Source: a virus (Duplodnaviria > Caudoviricetes). From it: DNA of 30,716 nucleotides. The notes under the pieces are model-generated. The model saw only the letters and a list, made by a program, of their open reading frames with translations. It was not told the DNA's origin and ran no database searches. Positions within the stretch are counted from its first letter, which is position 1, and each line of letters begins with the position of its first letter. Below are positions 9,026-18,030 of the stretch, one piece after another. The DNA is taken from the IMG/VR virus record IMGVR_UViG_3300020188_000036, positions 1 through 30,716 of that record; one strand, written 5' to 3'. The position numbers and the translations under genes are program-made.

Positions 9026-9711
9026 GTTATGGTATGACAGTTAGTAACGCATCTGGTTTTGTGCAGGTTGCAGAACCTTTTGACAACGTGTCTGTGTTTG
9101 GTTCTGGCACTGTAACTACTCAATCACCCGGAGCTGGGGCAACTCCTACTAATCTTCCTTCTGGCACGCCTGATGATATAATTATTTTTGCTAAGCCTTC
9201 TACTCCTAGCGGTGTTTACAAGTTTAGTATGTTGCTTGATCGTATTGGTGGAGCTACGCCTAGATTTTACTTTTATGATAGTTTTAGTAGTACAGGGCAA
9301 AGTATTGACTACATAATACTTACTAAGTCGCAAACACTAACTGTCCCGTCTAGTGGATATGGATTAAATGTCTACAACTCATCTGGCAATTTAGCATTTA
9401 CTTCTGAATACGGCACTAGCAGGGTTTATCAGTCTAGAGTAACTACCCCTTCCTCCTCTACTTTTGCTAGTGTGTATCCTAACGTTGGCGGGGAGCTACT
9501 AAACAACACATGGGCATGCATGAACGCGTATGGGTTTTTTGGTTTTGCGCCTGAAGCCCCGTCATACACTAGCGGTCTTGCTTATAAAGTTAAGTTTGAT
9601 TTTACTAACGATCAGCTCAGCTCTTTAGTTGATCCGTATGGAACGATATATTTTTCGTTACCACCAGTTACAAACTCATCATCCAGAGTAGAGATGCTTG
9701 CGAGGTTTTAA
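9022..9711 (+). CDS. Tail-tip associated protein
   Basis: MSYGMTVSNASG and YGLNVYNSSGNLAFTS motifs; ATGA coupling. Confidence 0.65.
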   Translation: MSYGMTVSNASGFVQVAEPFDNVSVFGSGTVTTQSPGAGATPTNLPSGTPDDIIIFAKPSTPSGVYKFSMLLDRIGGATPRFYFYDSFSSTGQSIDYIILTKSQTLTVPSSGYGLNVYNSSGNLAFTSEYGTSRVYQSRVTTPSSSTFASVYPNVGGELLNNTWACMNAYGFFGFAPEAPSYTSGLAYKVKFDFTNDQLSSLVDPYGTIYFSLPPVTNSSSRVEMLARF

Positions 9712-10151
9712 TGATTAAAGTTGCAATGGTAAATGCTAACGGCGAGGTGGTAAGCATAATCTCTCCCAGTACTGACTCTGCATTTTACAATGGTCAAATG
9801 TACGGTGATTTATTAGCTATCCATATACCGTACACTTCTAACGATGTCCAAGTAATAAATACATGGGTCTATGACAACGGTCAGTGGTCAACGCGAACTG
9901 CTAGGCCGGGCGAGTACTATGCATGGGAAAACATGCAGTGGAACTTTGACTCTGCTCGTTTTATGGAGCTACTTCGTAATGAGCGTGATATACGATTAGC
10001 TAAATCCGATTGGACCCAAATGCCTGACTCACCTCTCAGCCCAACTGTTAAAGGTTGGTGGGCATCGTACCGCCAACAGTTGCGAGATATTCCTGCTAAC
10101 TTGGAAGGGGTAACCAGCCTTGACCAAGTTCAGTGGCCAACGGAGCCTTAA
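9711..10151 (+). CDS. Tail fibre assembly chaperone (second copy, with N-terminal extension)
   Basis: LRNERDIRLAKSDWTQMPDSPL...WASYRQQLRDIP...WPTEP. Confidence 0.85.
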   Translation: MIKVAMVNANGEVVSIISPSTDSAFYNGQMYGDLLAIHIPYTSNDVQVINTWVYDNGQWSTRTARPGEYYAWENMQWNFDSARFMELLRNERDIRLAKSDWTQMPDSPLSPTVKGWWASYRQQLRDIPANLEGVTSLDQVQWPTEP

Positions 10152-10152
10152 T

Positions 10153-10248
10153 ATGCACAAAGGACAACCTTGTATTAACCAAAAACCAAAGAAAGCTCGC
10201 ATGCCTAAGTCAAAAACCAACAAGGGTTACACGCCTAAAAAGCGTTAA
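10153..10248 (+). CDS. 31-aa highly basic microprotein
   Basis: GGAG 10142-10145 then ATG; MHKGQPCINQKPKKARMPKSKTNKGYTPKKR. Confidence 0.6.
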   Translation: MHKGQPCINQKPKKARMPKSKTNKGYTPKKR

Positions 10249-10317
10249 TTTTAGGGGTTGAGAGAGGCGCTCCTACGTGAAAAGTAGAGCGTTAACAAGG
10301 GCTTAGTGCTGCAGATT

Positions 10318-10569
10318 TTAAAGCTTATTTTGGCAAAATGGGCAGGTTAGATCGCTATACAATTCTGGATCTATTTTAGAGGGCGGTATGTCGAGGTACT
10401 TAGCTAATTTTATGATAGCGGACGGGTTTAGCTCTGTTGTCCCACTCAGGTACTGACTAAACGCGCTTTGTGTCCACCCAATTTTAGCCGCTGCTTCTGT
10501 CTGTGTGACTTTATCGCGTTGCTTTTTTAGTTTCCACTCACGTTGCAAGTTCTCTAGTCTAGTTTCCAC
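10318..10569 (-). CDS. XRE/lambda cI-like HTH transcriptional regulator with C-terminal CxxC
   Basis: WKLKKQRDKVTQTEAAAKIGWTQSAFSQYLSG...LAKYLDIPPSKIDPEL resembles the lambda cI N-domain; GGGAG then GTG at 10569. Confidence 0.85.
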   Translation of the reverse strand: METRLENLQREWKLKKQRDKVTQTEAAAKIGWTQSAFSQYLSGTTELNPSAIIKLAKYLDIPPSKIDPELYSDLTCPFCQNKL

Positions 10570-10954
10570 AGACAACTCCCGTTATCCAGTCGGCTACTTC
10601 TTTTCTAGACACGGCACGCTTTTGGTAATCAGATTTTAAAAGGTAGTTGTTCCATTCTTTTTGCTCGAGGACAATGGCAGATTCTTCGCAGCCGATTATT
10701 ACTGCAGCGCGTTGGTTGTAAGTTGCTAGTCGATCTAACCAGAGTGCTTGTTGCACGGATAGCGATGTCCTTATAGCAGTTGTATCTTTGCTTGGCAGTT
10801 TCTTTACGTACTTGTATTCGACAAATAGAATACTAGCGGGGCCAGCATAAAATGCATCTGGTACCCCGCCAGCAAACGTGTCGTGTATCTTCCAGACGAA
10901 TACGTCAGAAGGAAGATGACGATGCACGGATTTTACAAACCCGTGCTCGTTCAT
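10559..10954 (-). CDS. VRR-NUC / Holliday-resolvase-like PD-(D/E)XK nuclease
   Basis: MNE..F, GGVPD...FVEYK and LS..Q..W motifs. Confidence 0.75.
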   Translation of the reverse strand: MNEHGFVKSVHRHLPSDVFVWKIHDTFAGGVPDAFYAGPASILFVEYKYVKKLPSKDTTAIRTSLSVQQALWLDRLATYNQRAAVIIGCEESAIVLEQKEWNNYLLKSDYQKRAVSRKEVADWITGVVCGN

Positions 10955-10969
10955 GCACGACTCAGTAGA

Positions 10970-11638
10970 TTACGAGTACTGCTCATATAACGCTTCGGCC
11001 AGTTTGTAATCTTCTTCTTGAGCCCAACCGACAAACTCAACGTCTACGTTCATAAACGCGTTGCCCATGCGGTTTTCTACAGCTACCGACTTGATCTTCC
11101 AAAGACCAGAGAATCGGTCTCCACCTTTCATGCCGATCTGCGAGTTCCAGTTACGAGAGATACGTAGCTTGGAGCTGGCAAAGTCCATGATTACTGGGGT
11201 GGGTTCAAGGCTACCTGTCTCAGGATCTTTGAGCAGCAACACGTGAGTGTGAGTCTCGGTGATGTCATAGTCTTGAGGCTTGTCTTGCGCGTTGATTGCA
11301 TCTTGTGCTTCTGCTTGTGAGCTAAAAGAACCCAACAAACCGCCGCCTGCATCACGCTTGCGCCAAACAGTGAACTCGTGTTTGAACGTAATGCTGATGG
11401 CATACAGTTCTTCACCGTAGTTATGATCGGTCAAGGTGTTGAGGAAGTGGCCGGGCTCTGCGCCTTTAACATAGTTGGCATGATGCTTATCTACTTCGTC
11501 AGACATTTTTTGTAACAGCTTGACTCGGGGAATGGTTACGTTGTTGCCAACGTTCTCATTGCCACGGCCTACGCCTTCTGCTTTCTTGATGTATGCTGGT
11601 ACTTTGTCTTCTGGGATTGCTAACGCTGTGCTACTCAT
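10970..11638 (-). CDS. Putative ssDNA-binding/annealing protein
   Basis: IPRVKLLQKMSDEV...GAEPGHF motif; position in the replication cluster. Confidence 0.55.
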   Translation of the reverse strand: MSSTALAIPEDKVPAYIKKAEGVGRGNENVGNNVTIPRVKLLQKMSDEVDKHHANYVKGAEPGHFLNTLTDHNYGEELYAISITFKHEFTVWRKRDAGGGLLGSFSSQAEAQDAINAQDKPQDYDITETHTHVLLLKDPETGSLEPTPVIMDFASSKLRISRNWNSQIGMKGGDRFSGLWKIKSVAVENRMGNAFMNVDVEFVGWAQEEDYKLAEALYEQYS

Positions 11639-11666
11639 AGTTCATTGTTCCTTGTTCATTAATAAA

Positions 11667-12047
11667 TTAAAGTGATCTAAAGTTGATTCGACGTACAGTT
11701 CGTGGCTGCAAACCGGGGACTGCTTCGCCAAGCTTCTGCAATTCCTTGTATGTAGTTGAACTGACGCGTCTGTGCAAGAGGCTAAGGTCTCTGGTAGCTA
11801 TGATGTGATCGTATAACAGATCCCAGTCAATAACTTCAGGTACCATATCCTCATTGATCGATACAGAAGCCTTGTCGTTCGCAGTGCGTGACAAACCTTC
11901 AGCATCCATCTTCTTGAGCAGTAAGACATCGATATTATCTTGTGTCTCACGCAAGCTTTTTAACTCTCGATTAAGCTCATCCATTTGATCTTTGATGGCT
12001 GCTCGAGAAGCAATTAAGTCATTAATTGTTGTTTGTTCATTAACCAT
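11667..12047 (-). CDS. Conserved phage protein (gp33/DUF7307-like)
   Basis: Coiled coil + M..EG, V.DWD.LY..I, LL.RRVS, VPGL motifs; AAAGGA then ATG 12047. Confidence 0.7.
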   Translation of the reverse strand: MVNEQTTINDLIASRAAIKDQMDELNRELKSLRETQDNIDVLLLKKMDAEGLSRTANDKASVSINEDMVPEVIDWDLLYDHIIATRDLSLLHRRVSSTTYKELQKLGEAVPGLQPRTVRRINFRSL

Positions 12048-13392
12048 TAGTCTTTCCTTTTTTGTGTAGCTCATTAAGAATTGTTAATAGTTCTTCCATT
12101 CGTGTAAGTTTACCGTCTAGTTTTTCATATACATCTGTTTCCCACGTATCTTTAGCTGCGATCTGTATGATCTCAGTGCGTTGTGTTTGACCGGCACGGT
12201 AGATACGTCGGTTGAATTGTTGGTAATGCTCTGCGTTGTACGTTGGCGACGACCATATAATCGATGTAGCTTTGGTCATGGTTAGACCGTGGCCTGCTGA
12301 TTGCGGGTGTGCAAACACTACTTGCAGCTGACCAGCTTGTATGCGGTCAACGATATCTTTGCGTTTGTGGCTTGGTGTGCTGCCATCTATAACGCCGTAC
12401 GATATACCTAATTTGTCAGCTAGCGCTGTCATGTGGTCACGTTCGTGCTTCCAGTTGAATGCAACTAGCGAGTGTTTCCGCTCTTGCACAAGTTGCATAA
12501 CTAAGTCATATCGCTCTGAATGTATGCCCTGTGCTACACCGTGTTCGTCGTACACAGCGCCAGTGCACAGCTGCAGTAGCTTTTTAACTTTGGCACCGGC
12601 GTGTACAGCATTGATTGTTGTTTTACCTGTGTACAGTACTGAGTCTTCAGCTAGCGCTATGTATTGGCTTTGGATAGTTTTTGGCAGAGTCACGTACATT
12701 TGACGTGTAGTCTGCTCTGGCATGTCGATACACTCTTCTAGCTTGTAGCGAATGTTTATGTCATGCAGCGCTGCAGCAACAATCTCTTGAGCGTCGCTTT
12801 TGTCTACCCATTCGTTAGCAAAGCCATTGAAGTGTGATGTACAGACAGCTGATCTGAAGCCGTAGAACCTGCGACCTAACCGTTCACCGTCGTCAATGAT
12901 TAGTGTCGGGTGCCAGATGTCAAGGATAGTGTTGCTGTTAGGGGTACCTGACATTGCTACGCGGTACTTAAAGTGCTGTGCAATTTTAAGTGCAGCTTTA
13001 CTGCGTTGGCTGTCTTTGTTCTTGAATGCTGTGAACTCATCGATGCACAACATATCGAATTGGTCTAAATACTTGCTGTTCTTAACTAACCATTTAACTG
13101 CATCGTGGTTAGTGATGACGATATCTACGTCTTCTAAGAATGCTTTTTCTCGGTTCTTTGCGTATGCAACGGCAAACGTTAGCTGCGGAGCAAACTTCTT
13201 TATGTCGTCTCCCCATGATGCTTCAAGGATAGATAGCGGGGCAAGCACAAGCATTTTGCTTTTACTGCGCCGTACAAATGCATCGATAACACTGCGCGTT
13301 TTGCCAGTGCCGGGGTCAGATGTTACAAGTACTCGTTCGTTATTTAATATGAAGTCTGTAGTTGTCTTTTGATGTTCGAATGCTTCTTGCAT
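12040..13392 (-). CDS. SNF2-family helicase
   Basis: DPGTGKT, IDEFT, MSGTP, SAGHGLTM, QFNRRIYRAGQ. Confidence 0.93.
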   Translation of the reverse strand: MQEAFEHQKTTTDFILNNERVLVTSDPGTGKTRSVIDAFVRRSKSKMLVLAPLSILEASWGDDIKKFAPQLTFAVAYAKNREKAFLEDVDIVITNHDAVKWLVKNSKYLDQFDMLCIDEFTAFKNKDSQRSKAALKIAQHFKYRVAMSGTPNSNTILDIWHPTLIIDDGERLGRRFYGFRSAVCTSHFNGFANEWVDKSDAQEIVAAALHDINIRYKLEECIDMPEQTTRQMYVTLPKTIQSQYIALAEDSVLYTGKTTINAVHAGAKVKKLLQLCTGAVYDEHGVAQGIHSERYDLVMQLVQERKHSLVAFNWKHERDHMTALADKLGISYGVIDGSTPSHKRKDIVDRIQAGQLQVVFAHPQSAGHGLTMTKATSIIWSSPTYNAEHYQQFNRRIYRAGQTQRTEIIQIAAKDTWETDVYEKLDGKLTRMEELLTILNELHKKGKTNG

Positions 13393-13419
13393 ATTTGATC
13401 ACTCATTGATTACAAATAA

Positions 13420-13436
13420 TATTAGCACAGCTTATA
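13420..13436. promoter_or_regulatory. 17-bp palindromic operator-like site upstream of the helicase operon
   Basis: TATTAG-CACAG-CTTATA; overlaps - strand TTGAAC-N18-TAATAT. Confidence 0.7.
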
Positions 13437-13437
13437 T

Positions 13438-14115
13438 TTAATGTTCAAGAAAAATTACTGGTTGATCTGAAGACCAGCAATATCCGCACGTTGCGCAGCT
13501 TGCAGTCTTACCTGTTTGTTCTGGGCAATAGATACCTTTGAATACTGTCCCTACAGTATTTTCTGTATACGCAGCAAAATCTGTTGTGTGGTCGTCTGAA
13601 AACCGTATTGCTGATTGGTCTGGCGCTATACGGTTGATAGAGTCTACAGCTTGACCCATCTCAGTAGACAGTCTGTGATGCGTATAGCCAAACACTTTGA
13701 GGTTAGGGTGTTCTATGAGCATTTGTACCCAAAAAATGCAATAGTCAATGTCAAAGAAGTCACCGAGTACGTGAAGACGTATGACGATGCCTTCAGGGTG
13801 TTTAGTTAGTAGTTCGACAAGTTGCTCTCGTAAGAGCGGTAAGAAATCTGGGTGAGTATGATCAAACCTATGACCAAACGGCATGTTGTTACCATAGCAA
13901 TTATCCCATTGTTCGCAGTAATCTGGACATGACACTCGTTCTTCTAGTGTCAATGAGTATATTTTTAATCCTTTCCACTTCTTAATTGTTATTACGTCGC
14001 CTAGTTTTGCGTTGGCTTTGCCTTCCTTTAGCATTTTCTTGTGAGGTACTTTGACGCTCTTTATGTACTTTGTCCTTTGTCGTTTTAATGTTTGGTTCTC
14101 TGCTAATAATGTCAT
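13438..14115 (-). CDS. GP88/DUF7227-like Cys-rich protein (possible Fe-S / radical-SAM-like)
   Basis: NAKLG, CPDYCEQWDNCY, RLHVLGDF, FGYT, IRFS, CPEQTGKTASCATCGYC. Confidence 0.7.
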   Translation of the reverse strand: MTLLAENQTLKRQRTKYIKSVKVPHKKMLKEGKANAKLGDVITIKKWKGLKIYSLTLEERVSCPDYCEQWDNCYGNNMPFGHRFDHTHPDFLPLLREQLVELLTKHPEGIVIRLHVLGDFFDIDYCIFWVQMLIEHPNLKVFGYTHHRLSTEMGQAVDSINRIAPDQSAIRFSDDHTTDFAAYTENTVGTVFKGIYCPEQTGKTASCATCGYCWSSDQPVIFLEH

Positions 14116-14281
14116 CGAATATTTCCTGTCGTATTTGTGCCGCTGTAGCTTTGTCAGTCTTTGTTATGATCTGTATATCCCTTTTTTTCAATCGGTAAGT
14201 CGTCCAATACATCGCTTCTGGCGGATCTGTCTTCAGGGTGTACTCTATTAGTGTGCCATCTCTGTTGTACATCATTTGCAT
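13982..14281 (-). CDS. Hypothetical protein; its 3' end overlaps the next gene
   Basis: Fills 14116-14281 on the operon strand; start overlaps the upstream ORF end. Confidence 0.6.
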   Translation of the reverse strand: MQMMYNRDGTLIEYTLKTDPPEAMYWTTYRLKKRDIQIITKTDKATAAQIRQEIFDDIISREPNIKTTKDKVHKERQSTSQENAKGRQSQRKTRRRNNN

Positions 14282-14466
14282 GTTGTCAGATCATCCACTT
14301 TTACATCAGTAATAAAATAATCTCTGTGCAACACTTTTGCATCCTCTGGAATGCCATCCTCGTCAATCATTTCCATGACAAGATTTCTCGCTAATTGGCT
14401 ATTGGGAGTCTCTACCTCGACAACAAATCCAGACTCATATGCCACCGCTACTCTATATTTTTTCAT
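14272..14466 (-). CDS. Hypothetical protein
   Basis: GAGGA RBS, ATGA coupling. Confidence 0.7.
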   Translation of the reverse strand: MKKYRVAVAYESGFVVEVETPNSQLARNLVMEMIDEDGIPEDAKVLHRDYFITDVKVDDLTTCK

Positions 14467-14588
14467 GCTTCATCCTCACTAAGTGATACACGCTTATCTG
14501 TTTCATTATTTTTAGATTGCTCCTTAAAGTGTTTTATGAATAACACAATTTCCATGAGAGTGAGTAAGCGCAGTAGTATAGTTCCCAT
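14463..14588 (-). CDS. 41-aa protein with hydrophobic N-terminus
   Basis: GAGG RBS; MGTILLRLLTLMEIVLFIKHFKEQSKNNETDKRVSLSEDEA; ATGA overlap with the next gene. Confidence 0.6.
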   Translation of the reverse strand: MGTILLRLLTLMEIVLFIKHFKEQSKNNETDKRVSLSEDEA

Positions 14589-14608
14589 TGTTGCCTCTTA
14601 TTTTAGGT

Positions 14609-14637
14609 AAAAAAAAACCCCGCTGGAGGGGGCGGGG
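14609..14637 (-). terminator. Rho-independent terminator
   Basis: - strand CCCCGC-CCCCTCCA-GCGGGG followed by T9. Confidence 0.85.
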
Positions 14638-14682
14638 AAGGGGAGTAACCAACCTAGGGGTGGGGGTTGGTACGGAGAGCTG

Positions 14683-15432
14683 TTAGTTGACGCCCCACGA
14701 ACATTCGGGGTAGTCGCCTTTTCCATAAGAACACCATCGGCAAGAGTCTTTACTTGGCGTTGGTGAAAAGTCTTCGCAAGTAGTCATTGCAATTGCACGT
14801 CTGTGAAAGCCCGGAGCGAACTGCATCGCTTGTTCTCTTGTGAAGGATTTCTTAGTTGTCTCGCCTTTATCTAGATACCATAGCTCGGTCTGCACAAAGT
14901 CTATGTGTGGGTATCTAAAGAAAGTAGCAATTGCATATAACAAGCACTGCTGCGAGTGGCCTATTTCATTGCCAAACTTTTTACCTGTCTTGTAGTCAAT
15001 TACACGTGCACTTTGTTCGTCTTCATGCACGAGAGCATCTAGCTTGATACGTGCCCATGTGGATTTTTCCATCCAACCACAAGGGTTCCATTCAAGGTCA
15101 AAGCCCCATTCACCTTCTAGTTCTACTTTAGCTTCAGCGAATAAATCTCGTAGCTGCTCAAAGTCATTTTTAAATTTGCTTAGCGAAGCTGGTAGTTCAC
15201 CTAGCTCACCTTTAACGTAGTCTTCTGCTTCTTGGTGTATCTGTGTGCCGCGATCTGCTGCTGGACTTGACGGTTCTTGAATCTTTTTTACTTTTTGAAT
15301 GTAAGACCTGTAAGGGCATTCTTCAAAAACTTTAAGCGCTGAGTAAGACCAAGCCTTTAGTTCACCGAGCTGCTCTGGTTTTTCTAAAGGCTTGGTTATG
15401 TCTGGTCTCTTATCCTGAGTTAGCTTAACCAC
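14683..15432 (-). CDS. Cas4/RecB-like PD-(D/E)XK exonuclease
   Basis: WSYS...ECP, RGTQIH, KLD, VIDYKTG, Q..LYA, CRWC...C (four-Cys Fe-S staple pattern). Confidence 0.88.
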   Translation of the reverse strand: MVKLTQDKRPDITKPLEKPEQLGELKAWSYSALKVFEECPYRSYIQKVKKIQEPSSPAADRGTQIHQEAEDYVKGELGELPASLSKFKNDFEQLRDLFAEAKVELEGEWGFDLEWNPCGWMEKSTWARIKLDALVHEDEQSARVIDYKTGKKFGNEIGHSQQCLLYAIATFFRYPHIDFVQTELWYLDKGETTKKSFTREQAMQFAPGFHRRAIAMTTCEDFSPTPSKDSCRWCSYGKGDYPECSWGVN

Positions 15433-15456
15433 TTAGATATCCTAGTCAGTTGTTTT

Positions 15457-15473
15457 TATTAGTGTAACTAATA
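15457..15473. promoter_or_regulatory. 17-bp palindromic operator-like site
   Basis: TATTAG-TGTAA-CTAATA, intergenic, upstream of the exonuclease. Confidence 0.75.
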
Positions 15474-15492
15474 AAACAATGCTTTGCTAGTT

Positions 15493-18009
15493 TTATGCGC
15501 TTTTTAGAAGGCGATGGTCTTCTGGTTTAAAGTAAGTTGCTATTAAGTAGTCGTACTCTTCTTGAGTTAAAGTCCAATTTACTACAAGCCCGCTTATATG
15601 ATTAGCATCTCTACTAGCACCATAAGGGCGTTTTCGTTCTGATGCTAATCCGTTTCTGTTCATGCGCTTAGAAAACTCACGCTGTGAAAACCTTGGGTTT
15701 TGCTCAGTCTGTACGTGATAAACGGTTCGCAAATGTTCCATAGGTACGACCATGTATTCGTCATCTACTTGGGCAATCCAAGTTTTTACAATGCGCTGTG
15801 CGATTTCTATTTCGTTGCTGTGCAGTATGCTTGCTACGTTTATGTCTAGTATGTCTGTAAACGAAGATAGCTTGCCGTGCTTTAATGCTTGGCAAAACTC
15901 GTCAAAGACAGACATAGACACATTGCGCATTTGTTCTTTGGCGGTGTTATCTATCGGCGTCTCTACCAATCGTTTATCGTACTTGAACGTTTGTAATATC
16001 CCAGCTAACGACCATAGCTCTTCTTCAAGCTCGTTAGTATCTAGTCGTTCTGGTATATCTGGGTATGCTTCGATTAATTTTTTATCTTGCTTAGGAGCAA
16101 TGTTGTATCGACGGTCTCCATTCTCAATGTTTACTGCGTCTACTCTGTTGGTAAGAAATATAAAGTTTGTGTAGTTATCAATTTCTATTTGGTTACTGCG
16201 CATGCCTCTGATTGTAATTGTAGGTTCAGTAATCTGGTTCTTTAGCTTATCAGCCATCTTTCCTGCACCGCTAGACGATGATGCCATGTGGAACTCGTCT
16301 ACTACTAAGAACAACGCGTCTCGCATGTACAAGTTGAACTGCTCTTCCATGCTTTGCAAGTAACGCATAGGCGCATGGTGAGTACCGAATAGGCCACGAA
16401 GTATGCGTGAGTAAAACACGCCTTTACCTGTGCCTTGTGTACCTGACAGAACCCACGATACGCCAGTCTTTTTACGTGTCTGGAATATGTACGCAAGCCA
16501 ATTAATGAAGCGTTCAAACTCTTCTTGCCCATCACCTAGCATGTGTTTCATTATGGTGTAAGACAGCGGGCAGATACGCGATATAGTCTTTGCTGTGCCA
16601 AACTCTAAAGGCTTAGCGGGCGTTTTCGGGTTTAAAGCGTACGTTGTTTTTCTATATGTGTTTATCTCGTATGGCGTTTTTGCAAGGTTAATAGCAGGCT
16701 CGTTAGACGTTGGCATAAACTTTACCTTAGCTTCAGGTATAAAGTCTGGGGCTAACTTACCGTGCGATATAAAGAAGTCTTCTATGTTCTGCTTACCTAT
16801 TGGGGTAAGCGGGTAGTCGTCAGAAAACTGATTGTGGTTTGGGTTGAACATGCCAGCGTAAAACGTATCTGAGTCGAAATCGCGCATAACAATTGGGAAC
16901 TCAGCTTTACCTATTTTTTCTAGCTCATCTGCAAACGTATCGAATATAGATGTGTAGAAGTCTTTGTCTGCTTTTTCTATCTCAAAGATCGGCTCGTCTT
17001 TGAAGTTGTACATATACGTTGGGCGTTCGATGTTAAAGTAGTAAGCGCCGCTATCGCCACCATTTATGTTGCAACGTATGTATGGAAAGCTGCTTGTGTC
17101 TGCAATAGATATGGACATCTTGTCTGGGTTAACCAGAACTTCTTCTGTCATATTGTCTATAGACGTTAGTCGAGTCTTAGTCGGTTTCTTTTTGAATCCG
17201 GCTTGTTCTCGCAGTTTGTCTTTGATTGCTTGGCTTTTTTCATAGCACTTCTGTGGGCTTATGTTGCCCATAAGAGGTGCTAGATCAAACGATGCGTTTT
17301 CTCTTTCTACTAATACAACGCGGTCTTCATCTGTAGCAAAAGGGTTTTGCCTTTGGGCTTCAAACGAAGGCGGTGATATAAATATAATTTTTGAGTTATC
17401 TGCAACAGAAGAGTCTAGCGGATACTTTAACGACTGTCCGTTTACTGACAGCTGTAGTTGTTCAGAGAATACATCTGATTCGTAGTTAACATCTTGCAGC
17501 CACAACTTTATTGCTTTTGGTGGCATCGCAACAGTCATCAGCATGAATATGTGCATTGATGTTTTGTTGCCTTTGAGCCCTAAGCTTGAAGACGCTTGTG
17601 CAATGAAGCTTGTGCTGTGCAGCTCTTGTGGGAGCTCTGCGATTATTTGGTTAGCTAAGTAAACTACGTCTATAGAAGTTAGCTTTGATTTGGTAGCAAG
17701 TTGCTTTGATAGCTCTACGCCATCTATGTCTAATACAAGCAGGTTAGACGTTGCGTTGCGGTCAGTTAGTCCCGCTCTGCTTTCGTTAATAATGTCTCGT
17801 TTTAGGTTACCTTTAAGTAAGCAGTGTCCGTTTTCTCCATGCTTTCTTAGCAATTTTTCTAATTGCTCTAGACCATTTTTTGAAACGGGTAGCTCGTATT
17901 TGTGAGATGTTACTGCTTTAACATGTGGATATGGTGTAAAGCCGTTTTTAGCTGAATATTGTTTTGTAAGTTTGAGGCCGTTTGTAGCCTCCAAAAAAGT
18001 CACCCTCAT
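15493..18009 (-). CDS. Primase-helicase (AEP-like N-domain + SF3/DUF5906 helicase)
   Basis: LVLDIDG and SMHIF in the N-part; GTQGTGKG, LVVDE, FLTN, GDRRY in the C-part; GGAGG then ATG 18009. Confidence 0.88.
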   Translation of the reverse strand: MRVTFLEATNGLKLTKQYSAKNGFTPYPHVKAVTSHKYELPVSKNGLEQLEKLLRKHGENGHCLLKGNLKRDIINESRAGLTDRNATSNLLVLDIDGVELSKQLATKSKLTSIDVVYLANQIIAELPQELHSTSFIAQASSSLGLKGNKTSMHIFMLMTVAMPPKAIKLWLQDVNYESDVFSEQLQLSVNGQSLKYPLDSSVADNSKIIFISPPSFEAQRQNPFATDEDRVVLVERENASFDLAPLMGNISPQKCYEKSQAIKDKLREQAGFKKKPTKTRLTSIDNMTEEVLVNPDKMSISIADTSSFPYIRCNINGGDSGAYYFNIERPTYMYNFKDEPIFEIEKADKDFYTSIFDTFADELEKIGKAEFPIVMRDFDSDTFYAGMFNPNHNQFSDDYPLTPIGKQNIEDFFISHGKLAPDFIPEAKVKFMPTSNEPAINLAKTPYEINTYRKTTYALNPKTPAKPLEFGTAKTISRICPLSYTIMKHMLGDGQEEFERFINWLAYIFQTRKKTGVSWVLSGTQGTGKGVFYSRILRGLFGTHHAPMRYLQSMEEQFNLYMRDALFLVVDEFHMASSSSGAGKMADKLKNQITEPTITIRGMRSNQIEIDNYTNFIFLTNRVDAVNIENGDRRYNIAPKQDKKLIEAYPDIPERLDTNELEEELWSLAGILQTFKYDKRLVETPIDNTAKEQMRNVSMSVFDEFCQALKHGKLSSFTDILDINVASILHSNEIEIAQRIVKTWIAQVDDEYMVVPMEHLRTVYHVQTEQNPRFSQREFSKRMNRNGLASERKRPYGASRDANHISGLVVNWTLTQEEYDYLIATYFKPEDHRLLKSA

Positions 18010-18030
18010 AGGCTCTCCTCCTAGAGAATA

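Noticed and set aside
10268-10291. Hairpin CGCT-C-CTAC...GTAG-AGCG between the convergent late and early blocks
   Set aside because: Short, bulged and without a U-tract; it may aid termination but is too weak to call
14683-15432. Cas4-like gene as evidence of a CRISPR system
   Set aside because: No array or other cas genes; solo Cas4-like nucleases are common in phage replication modules
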